Assembly (NCBI GenBank): GCA_964019335.1 | Contig: OZ025682.1 | Span: 186,001 to 250,000 of the forward strand | Direction of reading: 5' to 3' | Source of the DNA: Diplonema japonicum | Taxonomy: Eukaryota > Protista > Euglenozoa: Diplonemea | DNA: 64,000 nt | In this document: positions 8,135 to 19,439 of the stretch, one piece after another | Position numbering within the stretch: position 1 is the first letter of the stretch | Layout: each line of letters opens with the position of its first letter | Program-made: the position numbers and the translations under genes | Notes under the pieces: model-generated | The model's database searches: none | The model's input: only the letters and a program-made list of their open reading frames with translations | Told to the model about the DNA's origin: nothing

Positions 8135-10423
8135 ATGACGTCTCTCAGAACCTCGACAATCGGGTTCCCCCGCACGGGACCGAAGCGCGAGATGAAGATG
8201 GCGCTTGAGAAGTACTGGGGGAAGAAGATAACGGAGTCAGAGCTGCTGGAGGTGAGCGACAAGGTAGCGCTGCAGAGTCTGCGGGACCAAGAGGCAGCGG
8301 GAGTGGACCTGATCGGGGTGGGGGACCACACGCTGTACGACCACGTGCTGGACTGGAGCGAGCGGTTTGGGCTGACGTGCAAGAGGGTGAGGGAGGCAAA
8401 GCTGACGGGGCTGGAGGCTTACTTCACGCAGGCGAGGGGCCGGGACGGGATCCCCGCGCTGGACATGACGAAGTACTTCGATTCGAACTACCACTACATG
8501 GTGCCCGAGGTGGGAGAGGACACGGTCCCCCGCGCCGATTTCAGTTCCTTTGTGGCGCACGTGCAGCTCCTCCGCAGCAAGGCGGCGAAGGCGGACTCGG
8601 TGGTCCCGATCGTTCTGGGACCCGTGACCCTCGCGAAGCTCTGCAAGTACGTTGACGGGACAAGGAAGACAGCTGCTGTGCTGGTGAAGGAGCTGGTTCC
8701 CTTGTACAAGGCGCTGCTGGAGGAGTTGGGGAGAGGAGCGACCGGGGTGAAGGAAGTGCAGCTGCACGAGCCGTGGCTGGTGATGAGCGACGCGGAGAAG
8801 GGGACGGAGGTGAAGATCCTCACCGAGGCTGTGTACAAGGAGCTTTCTTCAGCGAACAGCAAGGGTCCCGCGGTGAACCTGTGCGTACACTTCGACTCCC
8901 TGAGCCCCGCCGTCTACAGCTACGTGGTGGAGCTTCCTGTGCAGCGCGTGACGCTCGACTTCTGCAGGAGCAAGGCGATGGTGGAGATGGTGGAAAAGCA
9001 GGGCTTCCCGTCGACGAAGGAGCTCGGGGCTGGGGTGGTCGACGGGCGCAACGTGTGGAGGAACGAGGCTGCTGCTGGGGGTCTCTTGCAGAGGATCCAG
9101 AAGGCTGTGCAGGACGACGCCAGGGTGGTGGTTGCCCCCTCTTGCTCCCTGCAGTTCGTTCCGTACGACCTGGACCATGAGGAGGAGGGGAGCATCCCTT
9201 CGGAGGTGAGGAGCAAGCTTGCCTTCGCGAAGCAAAAGCTGGAGGTTCTGACGAAACTTGCTTCTTCTTCTACTGCTGCTGCTTCACCTGTTGAGTGGAT
9301 CGGGGAAGACAACCTAAGCGGAGTGGAGGGGGCGAAGGGGGTGACCCCCGAGATGTACACTCGTAGCGAGCCCTTCAAGGAGCGCAGGGGGAAGCAGCTG
9401 GCGGAGCTTCCGGACTTCCCGACGACGACGATCGGGTCGTTCCCTCAGACGGCGGAGATCCGAAAACTGCGACGGGAGTGGAAGGAAGGGAAGGTGGGGA
9501 AGGCGGCGTACGAGGAGCAGATCGACAAGGAGATCGAGAGGGTGGTGGGGATCCAGAAGGAGATCGGGCTGGACGTGTTCGTGCACGGGGAAGCTGAGAG
9601 GAGCGACATGGTGGAGTACTTCGCGCAGAAGCTGGAGGGGATGCTGCTGACGAGGCACGGGTGGGTGCAGTCTTATGGGTCGCGGTACGTTCGCCCTCCT
9701 GTGATCCACGGGACGGTAGTTCGAAAGGGAGGGGAGTCAATGACGGTGCGGGAGTTTGCGGTGTGCCAGAAGGCGAGCGGGGCGGTGCCCGTGAAGGGGA
9801 TGCTGACGGGCCCCGTGACGATCCTGAACTGGTCGTTCTGCAGGGTGGACGTGCCACGTGCGGAGCAGGCTGTGGAGGTGGCTCTTGCTGTGAGGGAGGA
9901 AGTGGCGGACCTGGAGGCGGCGGGATGCAGGGTGGTGCAGGTGGACGAGGCGGCTCTGCGGGAGAGGATGCCGCTGAAGAAGGAGGAGAGCGAAAGCTAC
10001 CTGGAGTGGGCGGTAGCGTGCTTCAGGCTGTCGACCTGCGGGGCGCGCCCCTCTACGCAGGTGGTGACTCACATGTGCTACTCCACCTTCGAGGACATCA
10101 TCGGGAGGATCGACGGGATGGATGCCGACGTCCTCACCATCGAGAACTCCAGGAGCGCAGGGGAGATGGTGGCGGCCCTCTCCTCCTACGGCTACGCCCG
10201 CGACCTCGGCGCAGGGGTCTACGACATCCACTCCCCGGTGGTCCCCACTGTGGACGACATGGCGGCCCGCCTCCAAGGCCTCCTCTCCCTCCTTCCCCCT
10301 TCCAGGACCTGGGTGAACCCCGACTGTGGTTTGAAGACCAGGAAGTGGGACGAGGTCATTCCCTCCCTTAAGAACATGGTCACCGCTGCCCACAAGCTCC
10401 GTGAGAGCCACGTCAGTGCTTGA
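8135..10423 (+). CDS. metE: Cobalamin-independent methionine synthase, copy 1 (762 aa)
   Basis: IGFPRTGPKREMK, DMTKYFDSNYHY, PTTTIGSFPQT, VHGEAERSDMVEYF, GWVQSYGSR. Zn ligands in THMCYS, IENSRS and WVNPDCGLKTR. True start is the ATG at 8135. Confidence 0.97.
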   Translation: MTSLRTSTIGFPRTGPKREMKMALEKYWGKKITESELLEVSDKVALQSLRDQEAAGVDLIGVGDHTLYDHVLDWSERFGLTCKRVREAKLTGLEAYFTQARGRDGIPALDMTKYFDSNYHYMVPEVGEDTVPRADFSSFVAHVQLLRSKAAKADSVVPIVLGPVTLAKLCKYVDGTRKTAAVLVKELVPLYKALLEELGRGATGVKEVQLHEPWLVMSDAEKGTEVKILTEAVYKELSSANSKGPAVNLCVHFDSLSPAVYSYVVELPVQRVTLDFCRSKAMVEMVEKQGFPSTKELGAGVVDGRNVWRNEAAAGGLLQRIQKAVQDDARVVVAPSCSLQFVPYDLDHEEEGSIPSEVRSKLAFAKQKLEVLTKLASSSTAAASPVEWIGEDNLSGVEGAKGVTPEMYTRSEPFKERRGKQLAELPDFPTTTIGSFPQTAEIRKLRREWKEGKVGKAAYEEQIDKEIERVVGIQKEIGLDVFVHGEAERSDMVEYFAQKLEGMLLTRHGWVQSYGSRYVRPPVIHGTVVRKGGESMTVREFAVCQKASGAVPVKGMLTGPVTILNWSFCRVDVPRAEQAVEVALAVREEVADLEAAGCRVVQVDEAALRERMPLKKEESESYLEWAVACFRLSTCGARPSTQVVTHMCYSTFEDIIGRIDGMDADVLTIENSRSAGEMVAALSSYGYARDLGAGVYDIHSPVVPTVDDMAARLQGLLSLLPPSRTWVNPDCGLKTRKWDEVIPSLKNMVTAAHKLRESHVSA

Positions 10424-11107
10424 GTTGTACAGGCTTGAGAGAATCCAAAAAAAAAAGAAGAGAAAAAGAAATACAAGATCCTCTTTTTTTTTTCTCCCTT
10501 CCTCGGGTGTCTCTTCGTCGTTTTTATTTAATTTTTTTTTCCCCTTTTCTTTTTCCTATTTTAATTTTAGGCCCTGGCACCGCCAGCAGCCCGCCCCTGT
10601 TCGATGCTGTCTCTGCAGCTGGTGCTCCTGTTTGCCTCGGGCCCAACACTTCATGTGTTTGGAACGGTCCTTCTGTCTAGTTTGCGTTGCCCTCTCGTTC
10701 CAGGCCGCCTCCACCGGTGGCCGCATTTCTTTGTTGGAAAGATCACACGATCGAGTCGCACGCATGGGACAAGGCACCGCCCGCCCAACGGTCGAGCATC
10801 GCGCAAGACGGTAGCTTTCTACGTTTTTAGTTTTTATCTTCTTAATTGTGTTCTTCTCCCACTTTTCTTTTCTTTTTTTTTTTTAGCCCCCGTTCGATTT
10901 AATATCTCCCTTTAACTACCTCTCTCGTTCCCTTTTATCTTATTCAACACTGTTGTTGGCAGTGTTTCGGGTACCATGTCCCGTCAACACTGTTTTGGGT
11001 GCATCTTTATAACTTTATTTTTATTTTTTTTAAAACCCAAACTACACGAACGAGAAAACCACCTTCCACACAGGCACCAACCCCTACACAAACCACACCC
11101 CACCACG

Positions 11108-11776
11108 ATGCCTGCCCTCAAACTTGTGTACTTCGAGCTCCCCGGACGTGCGGAACCTGCGCGACTCGCGTTCGCTGTGGGGGGTGTCGCCTTCGAGGAC
11201 AAGAGGGTGTCTGGGGAGGAGTGGGGGATGAAGATCAAGCCGACTGTGGGACCGAAGCAGCTTCCGCTTCTGGATGTGGACGGGGAGGTGATAGGGCAGA
11301 GCAACGCGATCATGCGCTACGCGGGGAGTGTGTCGTCGTTGGGGGGAAAGCAGCTGTACCCGAAGGAGGCAGGGGAGGCGCTGAAGGTGGACGAGTTCTG
11401 CGACATTGTGGGGGAGGTGTTCGGTCCGCTCGGGAAGACCTTCGCGATCGAGGACGAGACTGAGAAGAAGGCGGCGCGGGCAGCGCTTGTGGCTGAGGGG
11501 GGCGACATCACGAAGTGGCTCGTCTTCATCGACTCCCTCCTCGCGAAGTCCTCCTCTTCGTCAGGGTTCGCTGTCGGGGACTCCCTCACCATGGCAGACA
11601 TCTGCGTCTTCACCGGACTGCAGCCCCTGAAGTCCGGCTGGCTCGACGGGATCCCCAAAGACTGCCTCGACAACTACTCCCACATCACGAAGCACGCACA
11701 GATGATCGCGAACATCCCTCAGGTGAAGGCATACTACAAGGATGCAACAGGGATCCATGCCGTCTACAAGGCATGA
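11108..11776 (+). CDS. Sigma-like GST, copy 2
   Basis: Protein identical to 2776-3444. Confidence 0.92.
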   Translation: MPALKLVYFELPGRAEPARLAFAVGGVAFEDKRVSGEEWGMKIKPTVGPKQLPLLDVDGEVIGQSNAIMRYAGSVSSLGGKQLYPKEAGEALKVDEFCDIVGEVFGPLGKTFAIEDETEKKAARAALVAEGGDITKWLVFIDSLLAKSSSSSGFAVGDSLTMADICVFTGLQPLKSGWLDGIPKDCLDNYSHITKHAQMIANIPQVKAYYKDATGIHAVYKA

Positions 11777-12041
11777 TCGCTTGGTCTTTTGACAAGGTGG
11801 GGAAAGGGGGAAAAAAAGAACAAGAGAGTATTGGAATGGTGATGGTCACAAAAGGCTTCCTTCCTTTCTCTCTTGCCCCCCTCCCCTATTTTTTTTTGAA
11901 ATAAGTAAAATGGAAGGCCACAAAGGCTTCCTTTTCTTGTCCTTTAAAAAGAGAAACGAAAACACAAACCAAGATAAATTCTGGTGGGAAAAAAAAAAAA
12001 AAAAAAAAAAAAAAAACGAAACCTCTCTTCTTTCCGCGTGG

Positions 12042-12074
<33 letters not shown>

Positions 12075-12587
12075 GTTCTCTCGCATTTGAACATGCTTTT
12101 CCGCACTCCATCCTCTTTCTTCTATCTACTTCTATTATTTCTTGTTTTTGAACGCGCTACTGTGAATTCAACGAATAAAAGACAAACAGCAAAGGAGTCC
12201 ATGGAACCACAACCCCCACCTTTCAACCTGTTCCCGGACCCCTCCATGTCCATGCAGGCGGGTGTGGAGGGGATATTCACCCACTACCTCTCACCACGCA
12301 CTTCCTTGTTTGCAGCAACCCCCACCTTTCAACCTGTTAATCGACCACTCCATGTCCATGCAGGCGGGTGTGGAGGGGAGAGTCAACCTGGCAGGACTTT
12401 AAGAGCGACCACAGTCTCTGGCCTGTCTGTGTGGTGAAATCTCAGTCTGAAAGTTTAAACGATAAAGTTTCAGTCTCAAGAAGGCCTCGTCCTGAGCCAC
12501 CAACAGACATAAAGACACAAAGGAGAACAACAACCACCACCACAAAGGGAGAAAAAAGAAAGAAGAAAAAAAAAAGTAAAAATTAAA

Positions 12588-13238
12588 ATGCCTGCTTCCG
12601 GTATCCTGTACGGCCACCCTGTGTCGCAGCCCTCGCGGTCGGTGCAGTGGTACCTCGACTACAGCGGGAACACAACTGTTGAGAGGAAGGTGGTAGATTT
12701 CATGATTGGAGAACAACGGCAGCCGGAGTACGTGGCGAAGTTCCCTGAGAAAGAAATACCAGGGTTCGAGATGGAGGACGGGTTCTGCTTTGCGGAGTCG
12801 ATGGCGATCCTGAAGCACGTGTCTGCAGGGGACGAGACGATGCAGCCGCAGACGGCGAAGGAGGAGGCGATCTTGAACGAGTACCTCGGGCGCCACTACT
12901 CGCAGGTGCGGAAGTTCTCATCGGATGTGTTCGTCCACCACCTCCTGACGAAGGACGAGGAGAAGAAGCAGGCTGGGCTCGTCACCATCAAGCCGCAGCT
13001 GGAGGCCTACAACGAGAAGCTCGGGAAGCAGAAGTACATCCTTGGCGACAACCTCACCCTTGCGGACTTCCTGTTCGCCCCTGAGGTGGACCAGATGGAG
13101 GTTGTTGGGAAGGAGGTCCTGGCCCCCTACCAGAACATCCTGAAGTACCTTGAACGCCTCACCACCGACGTCAAGGGTTACAAGGAGTGCATCGGGGGCA
13201 TGAGGTCCGGACTTGAGGAGATGCTTAAAATGATGTGA
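12588..13238 (+). CDS. Theta-like GST, copy 2
   Basis: Protein identical to 4256-4906. Confidence 0.9.
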   Translation: MPASGILYGHPVSQPSRSVQWYLDYSGNTTVERKVVDFMIGEQRQPEYVAKFPEKEIPGFEMEDGFCFAESMAILKHVSAGDETMQPQTAKEEAILNEYLGRHYSQVRKFSSDVFVHHLLTKDEEKKQAGLVTIKPQLEAYNEKLGKQKYILGDNLTLADFLFAPEVDQMEVVGKEVLAPYQNILKYLERLTTDVKGYKECIGGMRSGLEEMLKMM

Positions 13239-13831
13239 TGATGTGCGTTCCGTGACAGGGCCTCCACTGTCTGCATACCGGCATAGTATGCATGTCCTAT
13301 GTGTGAATAGGTACCAGGCAGTGCGAAGCGAAACCGCAAGCCATGAAGATGTCCAGTTTTTTATCCTTTCTTTGGCCTTAAGTTGCCCTTTGTTACTACG
13401 AAGGAGCTCACACATCTTTTTGAGCTTTCAATACGAACATTTGTTTTATCTCATTCGATGTAGCCAACTTTCGAAGGTGTCCCACTCCCTTTGGACGGAT
13501 ACCACTGGACGAATCCCTTGGATAACACAATGGTAGCACGGCGGTGGCGTTAAGTAGCCTAACTAATTTTTTTTTTTGCTGGAACAAGTAAACAAATTTT
13601 TGAAAAGAATTGTTATTGCAAAAAAGAGTAGAGGCAGCTTGCCCGTTTACCCCTACTGTAGGTGAAAACGGCTTGCACAAACAATCAGCCGACTCTTTTT
13701 TTCTCTCTCTCCCTCTCCTCTTTCTTTCCGCTCTCTCTCTCGGGAATATATTATGCATATTGGGTTTTCCCACTAAACGCGACAAAATATGGGAATAGAA
13801 GAGGGAAGGGGGGGGTCACGGTTAAGAAAAA

Positions 13832-16108
13832 ATGAAGTCCCTCACAATGGCGATCCTATCAGTGTGTTGCATTTCGGTGAAATCGCAACAAACCGTGTGG
13901 ACTGATGTACGGACTCTGCAGATAAGAGGGAGGGCATTTGACGTGGATGAGCTGGGCAGCTGGGCAGACCGCCTTCCAGCAAAAGCGGAAGGAGTAGTGC
14001 GAGGGCCTGTGTGGTCCCTGTCCAGGGACAGCGCAGGCATGTATGTGGACTTTATAACTGACAGTCGCAACATAACACTGAACACGACTTACGTGAACAA
14101 CCCTGGTACCATGTACCACTTTTCAGCGTCGGGAATCAATGGGCTTGATCTGTTTCAATGGGACGCACCCAACAGCACATGGCGGTGGGTGGGGACCACG
14201 AAAAACCAAGCTGATCGTACAGAAATCCAACCCATCCTGAACAGGCCTGAAACCCCCTCTGTCCAGCATAAATATCGGCTTCACTTCCCACTATACAACG
14301 GGGTCTTAAAACTTTCCATCGGAACCGACAAAGGTGCTACAATCTCACCAGCGCCTGTACAGTACGAGCAGCCGCCTGTAATTTGGTACGGAACGTCCAT
14401 CACGCAGGGCGGGGTGGTGTCGAGGCCTGGGTTTGCCTTCACGAACAACATAATGAGGAACATCGGGAGGGAGATATTCAACTTCGGGTTCTCCGGGAAC
14501 TGTTTGATGGAGATCGATGTCGCGCAGTACCTTGTCACGGTGAAGCCGACACCCGCTTTGTTCATCATCGACTGCGAGTGGAACATGAACCCGCAGATGG
14601 TCGCAGAGAGAACAATCCCTTTGGTAAACTTCATCAGGGCTAAGCTTCCCAATACACCAATCGTTCTTGTAGAGGGGACACCGGGTGGCGACGCGTGGAT
14701 CAATTCCGCATCGATCGCACGGCAAAGCTCTATGTGGTCCACCCTACGCGAGCAGTACGACATCCTTCTCAAGAACACATCACAGCTTCACTATGTAACA
14801 GGCCCCGGACTTTACGAAAAGGCCGGAGGTCCTGCCGTGAACCCCACTGTAGCAGGCACGCACCCATCCGATTTGGGGCAAGCTTCGATGACCGATTTCT
14901 ATACAAAATATCTCCCAACGATTCTGAAGAACAACGACGTGAATAAAACTGTGGGGGAGGCTAACACGAAGCTTGGAAAGGTCAAAGAAACCACGGAGCT
15001 GGAAAGACGGTATCACAATGAGATTCTTTTGGAGATGGTGGAAGCAACGTCGATTCCCATCAGTGCAACTACCACATACTACAACGTAGAGAGCACCGTC
15101 GGTGTGATGGGCCGCGCCTTCAATGGAACCGAACGTTGGTATAACAGGCTACCGTTGTCTGCAAAGCAAGCCGTCCCGGAGGGTGTTTACAATGCAGCGG
15201 TGAGAAGCGCCGGGATGTCTGTTCACTTTGTGACAAATTCGTCTTCGGTGGCCGTAAACTTCACCTTTCAAGACAAGGTTGTTCCTCGATGGGACATGCC
15301 TGACACAGCGGCATCGGGTCTTGACCTCTACAGGTACGATCCGTCTGGAAAAGCTTTCAGAAGTGTGAGATGTGCGACATCGTGGCCGTCGAGCACTCCT
15401 GTCGTTATCGATGAAAATCTGCCCGTTGGAAGTGCTGAAAGATATGTTTTGTATCTACCGGTTTTGAATGAAGTGACGAAGCTTTCCATTGGCGTTGATT
15501 CTGGTTCCGTGTTCGAGGTGGACACAGACTTCAATACAGTCGATAGTATTACCGCTTACGGGAAAAAACCGATATTATGGCTCGGCACCGGAACGGAGCA
15601 AGGGTTTGCCGTCTCGCGTCCTGGAAACGTTTTCACCAGCATTCTGTCTAGAAACCTCCAACGGTACGTTTTGAATTTTGGGTTTGAAACGGCAAAGATG
15701 GATGTTTCCGTTGCAGGGTACGCGGCTCAGATAGACGCTGATCTCATTGTGATAGACTGTTTGGCTGATATGACACCTGAAGAGATTTCGGAACAAACAT
15801 CTCCTTATGTTAAATATCTCAGGGCTCATGGACACCCCACTACCCCCATCCTCCTCGTTGCTGGGACGGTCTACGGTGATTATTGGTTGAACCCCGGTCC
15901 CAACACTGACAAACGTGATGCGCTTCAGCAGCAGTTTGAGTCGCTCAGCCATTCTGACCCCAATGTACATGTATTCCTCAATGAGCACAACCAGCTTTTC
16001 TCCTCAGATTGGATGGTGAATCCCACTGTCGGTGGGGCAGATCCGTCGGACCTCGGCCACCGCGAGATGGCAAAATTCTATACCGCTTTTTTGCCGCAAT
16101 TCTTTTAG
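13832..16108 (+). CDS. Tandem SGNH/GDSL-like hydrolase, copy 2
   Basis: Protein identical to 5500-7776. Confidence 0.88.
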   Translation: MKSLTMAILSVCCISVKSQQTVWTDVRTLQIRGRAFDVDELGSWADRLPAKAEGVVRGPVWSLSRDSAGMYVDFITDSRNITLNTTYVNNPGTMYHFSASGINGLDLFQWDAPNSTWRWVGTTKNQADRTEIQPILNRPETPSVQHKYRLHFPLYNGVLKLSIGTDKGATISPAPVQYEQPPVIWYGTSITQGGVVSRPGFAFTNNIMRNIGREIFNFGFSGNCLMEIDVAQYLVTVKPTPALFIIDCEWNMNPQMVAERTIPLVNFIRAKLPNTPIVLVEGTPGGDAWINSASIARQSSMWSTLREQYDILLKNTSQLHYVTGPGLYEKAGGPAVNPTVAGTHPSDLGQASMTDFYTKYLPTILKNNDVNKTVGEANTKLGKVKETTELERRYHNEILLEMVEATSIPISATTTYYNVESTVGVMGRAFNGTERWYNRLPLSAKQAVPEGVYNAAVRSAGMSVHFVTNSSSVAVNFTFQDKVVPRWDMPDTAASGLDLYRYDPSGKAFRSVRCATSWPSSTPVVIDENLPVGSAERYVLYLPVLNEVTKLSIGVDSGSVFEVDTDFNTVDSITAYGKKPILWLGTGTEQGFAVSRPGNVFTSILSRNLQRYVLNFGFETAKMDVSVAGYAAQIDADLIVIDCLADMTPEEISEQTSPYVKYLRAHGHPTTPILLVAGTVYGDYWLNPGPNTDKRDALQQQFESLSHSDPNVHVFLNEHNQLFSSDWMVNPTVGGADPSDLGHREMAKFYTAFLPQFF

Positions 16109-16466
16109 ACAGCGGTTAAATAGAAAATAAAAGCGAACGTTTGCTTCTTTTTGTTTAAAGTGCGTGACTGTTCACACCCGTTGACGAAAGACGTATGTGC
16201 CTCATTGTGCCCATAAAAGAATTTTTTCCCCTCAGTCGGCTGAATAATGTCAGGGGGGGAGGGGGGGGCGGTAAAGCGCTGTTTCCTTTATCCTCCTCCT
16301 TTCTTTTTACCTTTTTTTATTGCCGCTCTGATCGTCTTGTAGTTTTCCTTTTTTTTTATTTCGTTTTTTTTTATTTTTGTTTAGTTTGTGGAGAAAACAG
16401 CAACCCCGTCACACAGTAACCAACTACAAAAACCCCCCTCTCGGGAAAAAAAAGAGAAGAAAAAGA

Positions 16467-18755
16467 ATGACGTCTCTCAGAACCTCGACAATCGGGTTCC
16501 CCCGCACGGGACCGAAGCGCGAGATGAAGATGGCGCTTGAGAAGTACTGGGGGAAGAAGATAACGGAGTCAGAGCTGCTGGAGGTGAGCGACAAGGTAGC
16601 GCTGCAGAGTCTGCGGGACCAAGAGGCAGCGGGAGTGGACCTGATCGGGGTGGGGGACCACACGCTGTACGACCACGTGCTGGACTGGAGCGAGCGGTTT
16701 GGGCTGACGTGCAAGAGGGTGAGGGAGGCAAAGCTGACGGGGCTGGAGGCTTACTTCACGCAGGCGAGGGGCCGGGACGGGATCCCCGCGCTGGACATGA
16801 CGAAGTACTTCGATTCGAACTACCACTACATGGTGCCCGAGGTGGGAGAGGACACGGTCCCCCGCGCCGATTTCAGTTCCTTTGTGGCGCACGTGCAGCT
16901 CCTCCGCAGCAAGGCGGCGAAGGCGGACTCGGTGGTCCCGATCGTTCTGGGACCCGTGACCCTCGCGAAGCTCTGCAAGTACGTTGACGGGACAAGGAAG
17001 ACAGCTGCTGTGCTGGTGAAGGAGCTGGTTCCCTTGTACAAGGCGCTGCTGGAGGAGTTGGGGAGAGGAGCGACCGGGGTGAAGGAAGTGCAGCTGCACG
17101 AGCCGTGGCTGGTGATGAGCGACGCGGAGAAGGGGACGGAGGTGAAGATCCTCACCGAGGCTGTGTACAAGGAGCTTTCTTCAGCGAACAGCAAGGGTCC
17201 CGCGGTGAACCTGTGCGTACACTTCGACTCCCTGAGCCCCGCCGTCTACAGCTACGTGGTGGAGCTTCCTGTGCAGCGCGTGACGCTCGACTTCTGCAGG
17301 AGCAAGGCGATGGTGGAGATGGTGGAAAAGCAGGGCTTCCCGTCGACGAAGGAGCTCGGGGCTGGGGTGGTCGACGGGCGCAACGTGTGGAGGAACGAGG
17401 CTGCTGCTGGGGGTCTCTTGCAGAGGATCCAGAAGGCTGTGCAGGACGACGCCAGGGTGGTGGTTGCCCCCTCTTGCTCCCTGCAGTTCGTTCCGTACGA
17501 CCTGGACCATGAGGAGGAGGGGAGCATCCCTTCGGAGGTGAGGAGCAAGCTTGCCTTCGCGAAGCAAAAGCTGGAGGTTCTGACGAAACTTGCTTCTTCT
17601 TCTACTGCTGCTGCTTCACCTGTTGAGTGGATCGGGGAAGACAACCTAAGCGGAGTGGAGGGGGCGAAGGGGGTGACCCCCGAGATGTACACTCGTAGCG
17701 AGCCCTTCAAGGAGCGCAGGGGGAAGCAGCTGGCGGAGCTTCCGGACTTCCCGACGACGACGATCGGGTCGTTCCCTCAGACGGCGGAGATCCGAAAACT
17801 GCGACGGGAGTGGAAGGAAGGGAAGGTGGGGAAGGCGGCGTACGAGGAGCAGATCGACAAGGAGATCGAGAGGGTGGTGGGGATCCAGAAGGAGATCGGG
17901 CTGGACGTGTTCGTGCACGGGGAAGCTGAGAGGAGCGACATGGTGGAGTACTTCGCGCAGAAGCTGGAGGGGATGCTGCTGACGAGGCACGGGTGGGTGC
18001 AGTCTTATGGGTCGCGGTACGTTCGCCCTCCTGTGATCCACGGGACGGTAGTTCGAAAGGGAGGGGAGTCAATGACGGTGCGGGAGTTTGCGGTGTGCCA
18101 GAAGGCGAGCGGGGCGGTGCCCGTGAAGGGGATGCTGACGGGCCCCGTGACGATCCTGAACTGGTCGTTCTGCAGGGTGGACGTGCCACGTGCGGAGCAG
18201 GCTGTGGAGGTGGCTCTTGCTGTGAGGGAGGAAGTGGCGGACCTGGAGGCGGCGGGATGCAGGGTGGTGCAGGTGGACGAGGCGGCTCTGCGGGAGAGGA
18301 TGCCGCTGAAGAAGGAGGAGAGCGAAAGCTACCTGGAGTGGGCGGTAGCGTGCTTCAGGCTGTCGACCTGCGGGGCGCGCCCCTCTACGCAGGTGGTGAC
18401 TCACATGTGCTACTCCACCTTCGAGGACATCATCGGGAGGATCGACGGGATGGATGCCGACGTCCTCACCATCGAGAACTCCAGGAGCGCAGGGGAGATG
18501 GTGGCGGCCCTCTCCTCCTACGGCTACGCCCGCGACCTCGGCGCAGGGGTCTACGACATCCACTCCCCGGTGGTCCCCACTGTGGACGACATGGCGGCCC
18601 GCCTCCAAGGCCTCCTCTCCCTCCTTCCCCCTTCCAGGACCTGGGTGAACCCCGACTGTGGTTTGAAGACCAGGAAGTGGGACGAGGTCATTCCCTCCCT
18701 TAAGAACATGGTCACCGCTGCCCACAAGCTCCGTGAGAGCCACGTCAGTGCTTGA
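16467..18755 (+). CDS. metE: Cobalamin-independent methionine synthase, copy 2
   Basis: Protein identical to 8135-10423. Confidence 0.97.
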   Translation: MTSLRTSTIGFPRTGPKREMKMALEKYWGKKITESELLEVSDKVALQSLRDQEAAGVDLIGVGDHTLYDHVLDWSERFGLTCKRVREAKLTGLEAYFTQARGRDGIPALDMTKYFDSNYHYMVPEVGEDTVPRADFSSFVAHVQLLRSKAAKADSVVPIVLGPVTLAKLCKYVDGTRKTAAVLVKELVPLYKALLEELGRGATGVKEVQLHEPWLVMSDAEKGTEVKILTEAVYKELSSANSKGPAVNLCVHFDSLSPAVYSYVVELPVQRVTLDFCRSKAMVEMVEKQGFPSTKELGAGVVDGRNVWRNEAAAGGLLQRIQKAVQDDARVVVAPSCSLQFVPYDLDHEEEGSIPSEVRSKLAFAKQKLEVLTKLASSSTAAASPVEWIGEDNLSGVEGAKGVTPEMYTRSEPFKERRGKQLAELPDFPTTTIGSFPQTAEIRKLRREWKEGKVGKAAYEEQIDKEIERVVGIQKEIGLDVFVHGEAERSDMVEYFAQKLEGMLLTRHGWVQSYGSRYVRPPVIHGTVVRKGGESMTVREFAVCQKASGAVPVKGMLTGPVTILNWSFCRVDVPRAEQAVEVALAVREEVADLEAAGCRVVQVDEAALRERMPLKKEESESYLEWAVACFRLSTCGARPSTQVVTHMCYSTFEDIIGRIDGMDADVLTIENSRSAGEMVAALSSYGYARDLGAGVYDIHSPVVPTVDDMAARLQGLLSLLPPSRTWVNPDCGLKTRKWDEVIPSLKNMVTAAHKLRESHVSA

Positions 18756-19439
18756 GTTGTACAGGCTTGAGAGAATCCAAAAAAAAAAGAAGAGAAAAAG
18801 AAATACAAGATCCTCTTTTTTTTTTCTCCCTTCCTCGGGTGTCTCTTCGTCGTTTTTATTTAATTTTTTTTTCCCCTTTTCTTTTTCCTATTTTAATTTT
18901 AGGCCCTGGCACCGCCAGCAGCCCGCCCCTGTTCGATGCTGTCTCTGCAGCTGGTGCTCCTGTTTGCCTCGGGCCCAACACTTCATGTGTTTGGAACGGT
19001 CCTTCTGTCTAGTTTGCGTTGCCCTCTCGTTCCAGGCCGCCTCCACCGGTGGCCGCATTTCTTTGTTGGAAAGATCACACGATCGAGTCGCACGCATGGG
19101 ACAAGGCACCGCCCGCCCAACGGTCGAGCATCGCGCAAGACGGTAGCTTTCTACGTTTTTAGTTTTTATCTTCTTAATTGTGTTCTTCTCCCACTTTTCT
19201 TTTCTTTTTTTTTTTTAGCCCCCGTTCGATTTAATATCTCCCTTTAACTACCTCTCTCGTTCCCTTTTATCTTATTCAACACTGTTGTTGGCAGTGTTTC
19301 GGGTACCATGTCCCGTCAACACTGTTTTGGGTGCATCTTTATAACTTTATTTTTATTTTTTTTAAAACCCAAACTACACGAACGAGAAAACCACCTTCCA
19401 CACAGGCACCAACCCCTACACAAACCACACCCCACCACG

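Noticed and set aside
8237-10411. Numerous minus-strand and shifted-frame ORFs inside GC-rich genes
   Set aside because: They are shadow ORFs caused by high GC3 codon bias and carry no recognisable motifs.
10571-10815. GC-rich island after metE starting ccctggc, reminiscent of the ingi/L1Tc 5' signature
   Set aside because: Only a few short words match. There is no complete signature, poly(A) tail, target-site duplication or RT remnant.
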